From positions 259,346,001 through 259,410,000 of the forward strand of contig OZ024742.1 in assembly GCA_964016885.1 (NCBI GenBank): a stretch of DNA of 64,000 nt. The letters are read 5' to 3'. The notes below the pieces were generated by a model. The model saw only the letters and a program-made list of their open reading frames with translations, searched no databases and was not told the DNA's origin. Position numbers and translations under genes: made by a program. Source of the DNA: Eledone cirrhosa (taxonomy: Eukaryota). Positions 62,537 through 64,000 of this stretch are shown piece by piece (position 1 is the stretch's first letter; each line of letters starts with the position of its first letter).

Positions 62537-64000
62537 ATGCGAAAACACAACATTGACTTCTCTACCAAGAACATCCCAATCCCACCGAAAAAACTTTACC
62601 TTCGGATGCTCACGCAAAAAATTGATCTATTTGCGAAAAGACTTAGATGGAGAACTTTTTTCTATGACAGATATTGCGACAACCAAGACTTCGGCACCAA
62701 GGAGAGATTCGGATTTATTACCTACAAATCTCCGCCCCTGAACCCCTTGCTCGCACCCTTCGAGAATGACCTCTTCCAACTGGTCAAGAACATTAAATTT
62801 AAACCCAGACACAACCGATTCCTACAAAAACTCCGTAGCAACTTAACAGAGTATGATAACACAAATGACATCATGGTGCATTCGGATAAAACTGGGAACC
62901 TATACTTTGTCAACCCTGACAGATACCACACACTGATCAGGAGCAGCCTAAACTCCACCTATAAAAAGGCCAACCACTCTTGCATCGAGGACATAAATCG
63001 AGATGGACAACAAATCACCTCCAGCCTCGGGGTCGCCGACCGCACGGAACCTCTAGACCCACGGACACCATACTTCACACTGAAGGACCATAAATCCGAT
63101 TTTGACCGTAAACCCTCCATCAGGCTTATTAACCCAACGAAGTCCGACATAGGGAGAATCAGCAAAAAAATCCTAGACCGCGTGATACCAAAAGTCAAGC
63201 AACACACCCGACTTAGCCTATGGATCAACACCCAGGAAGTAATCTCCTGGTTCAGCAATATGGAGGATAAACGAGAAACTAAATTCATACAGTTCGACAT
63301 AGAGAGCTACTATGCTTCAATCACCTTACCGCTACTTACTGCCGCCTTGGACTTCGCCGAAACACTCGTGCCCATCACCGACCAGGAAAGAAAAATCATC
63401 CTCCACGCCAGGAAGACAGTCTTACTCTTTGACGACTCTAAATGGATAAAAAGAGCTCCCGACTCACCCTTCGACGTCAGCATGGGCGCCACGGATTCGG
63501 CGGAGGTCACTGATCTTATAGGATTATTCCTAATAGCCAAACTCACTGATATGTTTCCTGCATTCGGTGGTGGATTGTACCGTGATGATGGGCTCCTTAC
63601 CCTTAAAGGGTACAACCCCAGTAGTACAGATCGGGTCCGGAAACAATTAATCAGATTCTTCCGCGACTGGGGATTTAAAATAACCCTACAAACGTCCCTG
63701 ACCCGAATAAACTTCCTGGACGTAACCCTCGACCTCGAAAACGACCTGTACTACCCATACAGGAAACCTAATGACAATCTGCACTACATCCACCGCCGAT
63801 CAAACCATCCTAGGAACATCACAAACAACCTGGTCAAAAACATCTCCCTCCGCATATCCCGTTTGTCAGCTAATGAGCGGATATTCGATGAACATGCGCC
63901 TTATTACAACCAGGCCCTCAAGCGGAGTGGTTTCCGGGAGGAAATATCCTACTGTCCAGATCCCATTAGCGGAACCAGCAGGAGACACCGCCGCTCACGC
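62537..64000 (+). CDS. Penelope-like retroelement reverse transcriptase ORF, 3'-incomplete (family B)
   Basis: ATG in CGCACCATGC context; hand translation stays open for 488 codons to the window end: MRKHNIDFSTKNIPIPP...SDKTGNLY...YFTLKDHK...RLINPTKSDIG...FIQFDIESYY...FDVSMG...GLYRDDGL...INFLDVTLDL...SNHP. These are PLE RT motifs. The 3' part matches 14926-15310. Confidence 0.92.
   Translation, partial: MRKHNIDFSTKNIPIPPKKLYLRMLTQKIDLFAKRLRWRTFFYDRYCDNQDFGTKERFGFITYKSPPLNPLLAPFENDLFQLVKNIKFKPRHNRFLQKLRSNLTEYDNTNDIMVHSDKTGNLYFVNPDRYHTLIRSSLNSTYKKANHSCIEDINRDGQQITSSLGVADRTEPLDPRTPYFTLKDHKSDFDRKPSIRLINPTKSDIGRISKKILDRVIPKVKQHTRLSLWINTQEVISWFSNMEDKRETKFIQFDIESYYASITLPLLTAALDFAETLVPITDQERKIILHARKTVLLFDDSKWIKRAPDSPFDVSMGATDSAEVTDLIGLFLIAKLTDMFPAFGGGLYRDDGLLTLKGYNPSSTDRVRKQLIRFFRDWGFKITLQTSLTRINFLDVTLDLENDLYYPYRKPNDNLHYIHRRSNHPRNITNNLVKNISLRISRLSANERIFDEHAPYYNQALKRSGFREEISYCPDPISGTSRRHRRSR

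Noticed and set aside
62722-63615. Minus-strand ORFs over the RT
   Set aside because: Shadow frames of the + strand PLE ORF.

Overview
AT-rich, repeat-dominated eukaryotic (animal) DNA with no host gene or exon I can support. The long (TA)n/(CA)n tracts and the SINE family suggest a mollusc, probably an octopus; this is an inference. Most ORFs in the supplied track (IYIY, CVCV, THTH) are microsatellite artefacts. The real content is: (1) at least five Penelope-like retroelement (PLE; RT + C-terminal GIY-YIG) copies, including an uninterrupted RT ORF running off the right edge (62537-64000) that the ORF track misses; (2) many non-coding fold-back elements and pseudo-LTR (pLTR) fragments embedded in (TA)n; (3) about 30 type-I hammerhead ribozyme (HHR) motifs or remnants from roughly a dozen sequence families, including recurrent non-canonical cores; (4) an RTE-like LINE fragment with twin-priming geometry; (5) tRNA-derived SINEs, a non-autonomous Helitron and a probable hAT-type element. 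The highlights are the density and diversity of HHRs, an in-frame TGA at the CxxC cysteine of one PLE endonuclease (possible Sec), and a 42-bp hairpin whose 11 non-Watson-Crick pairs are all G-U. All alignments and folds were done by eye.
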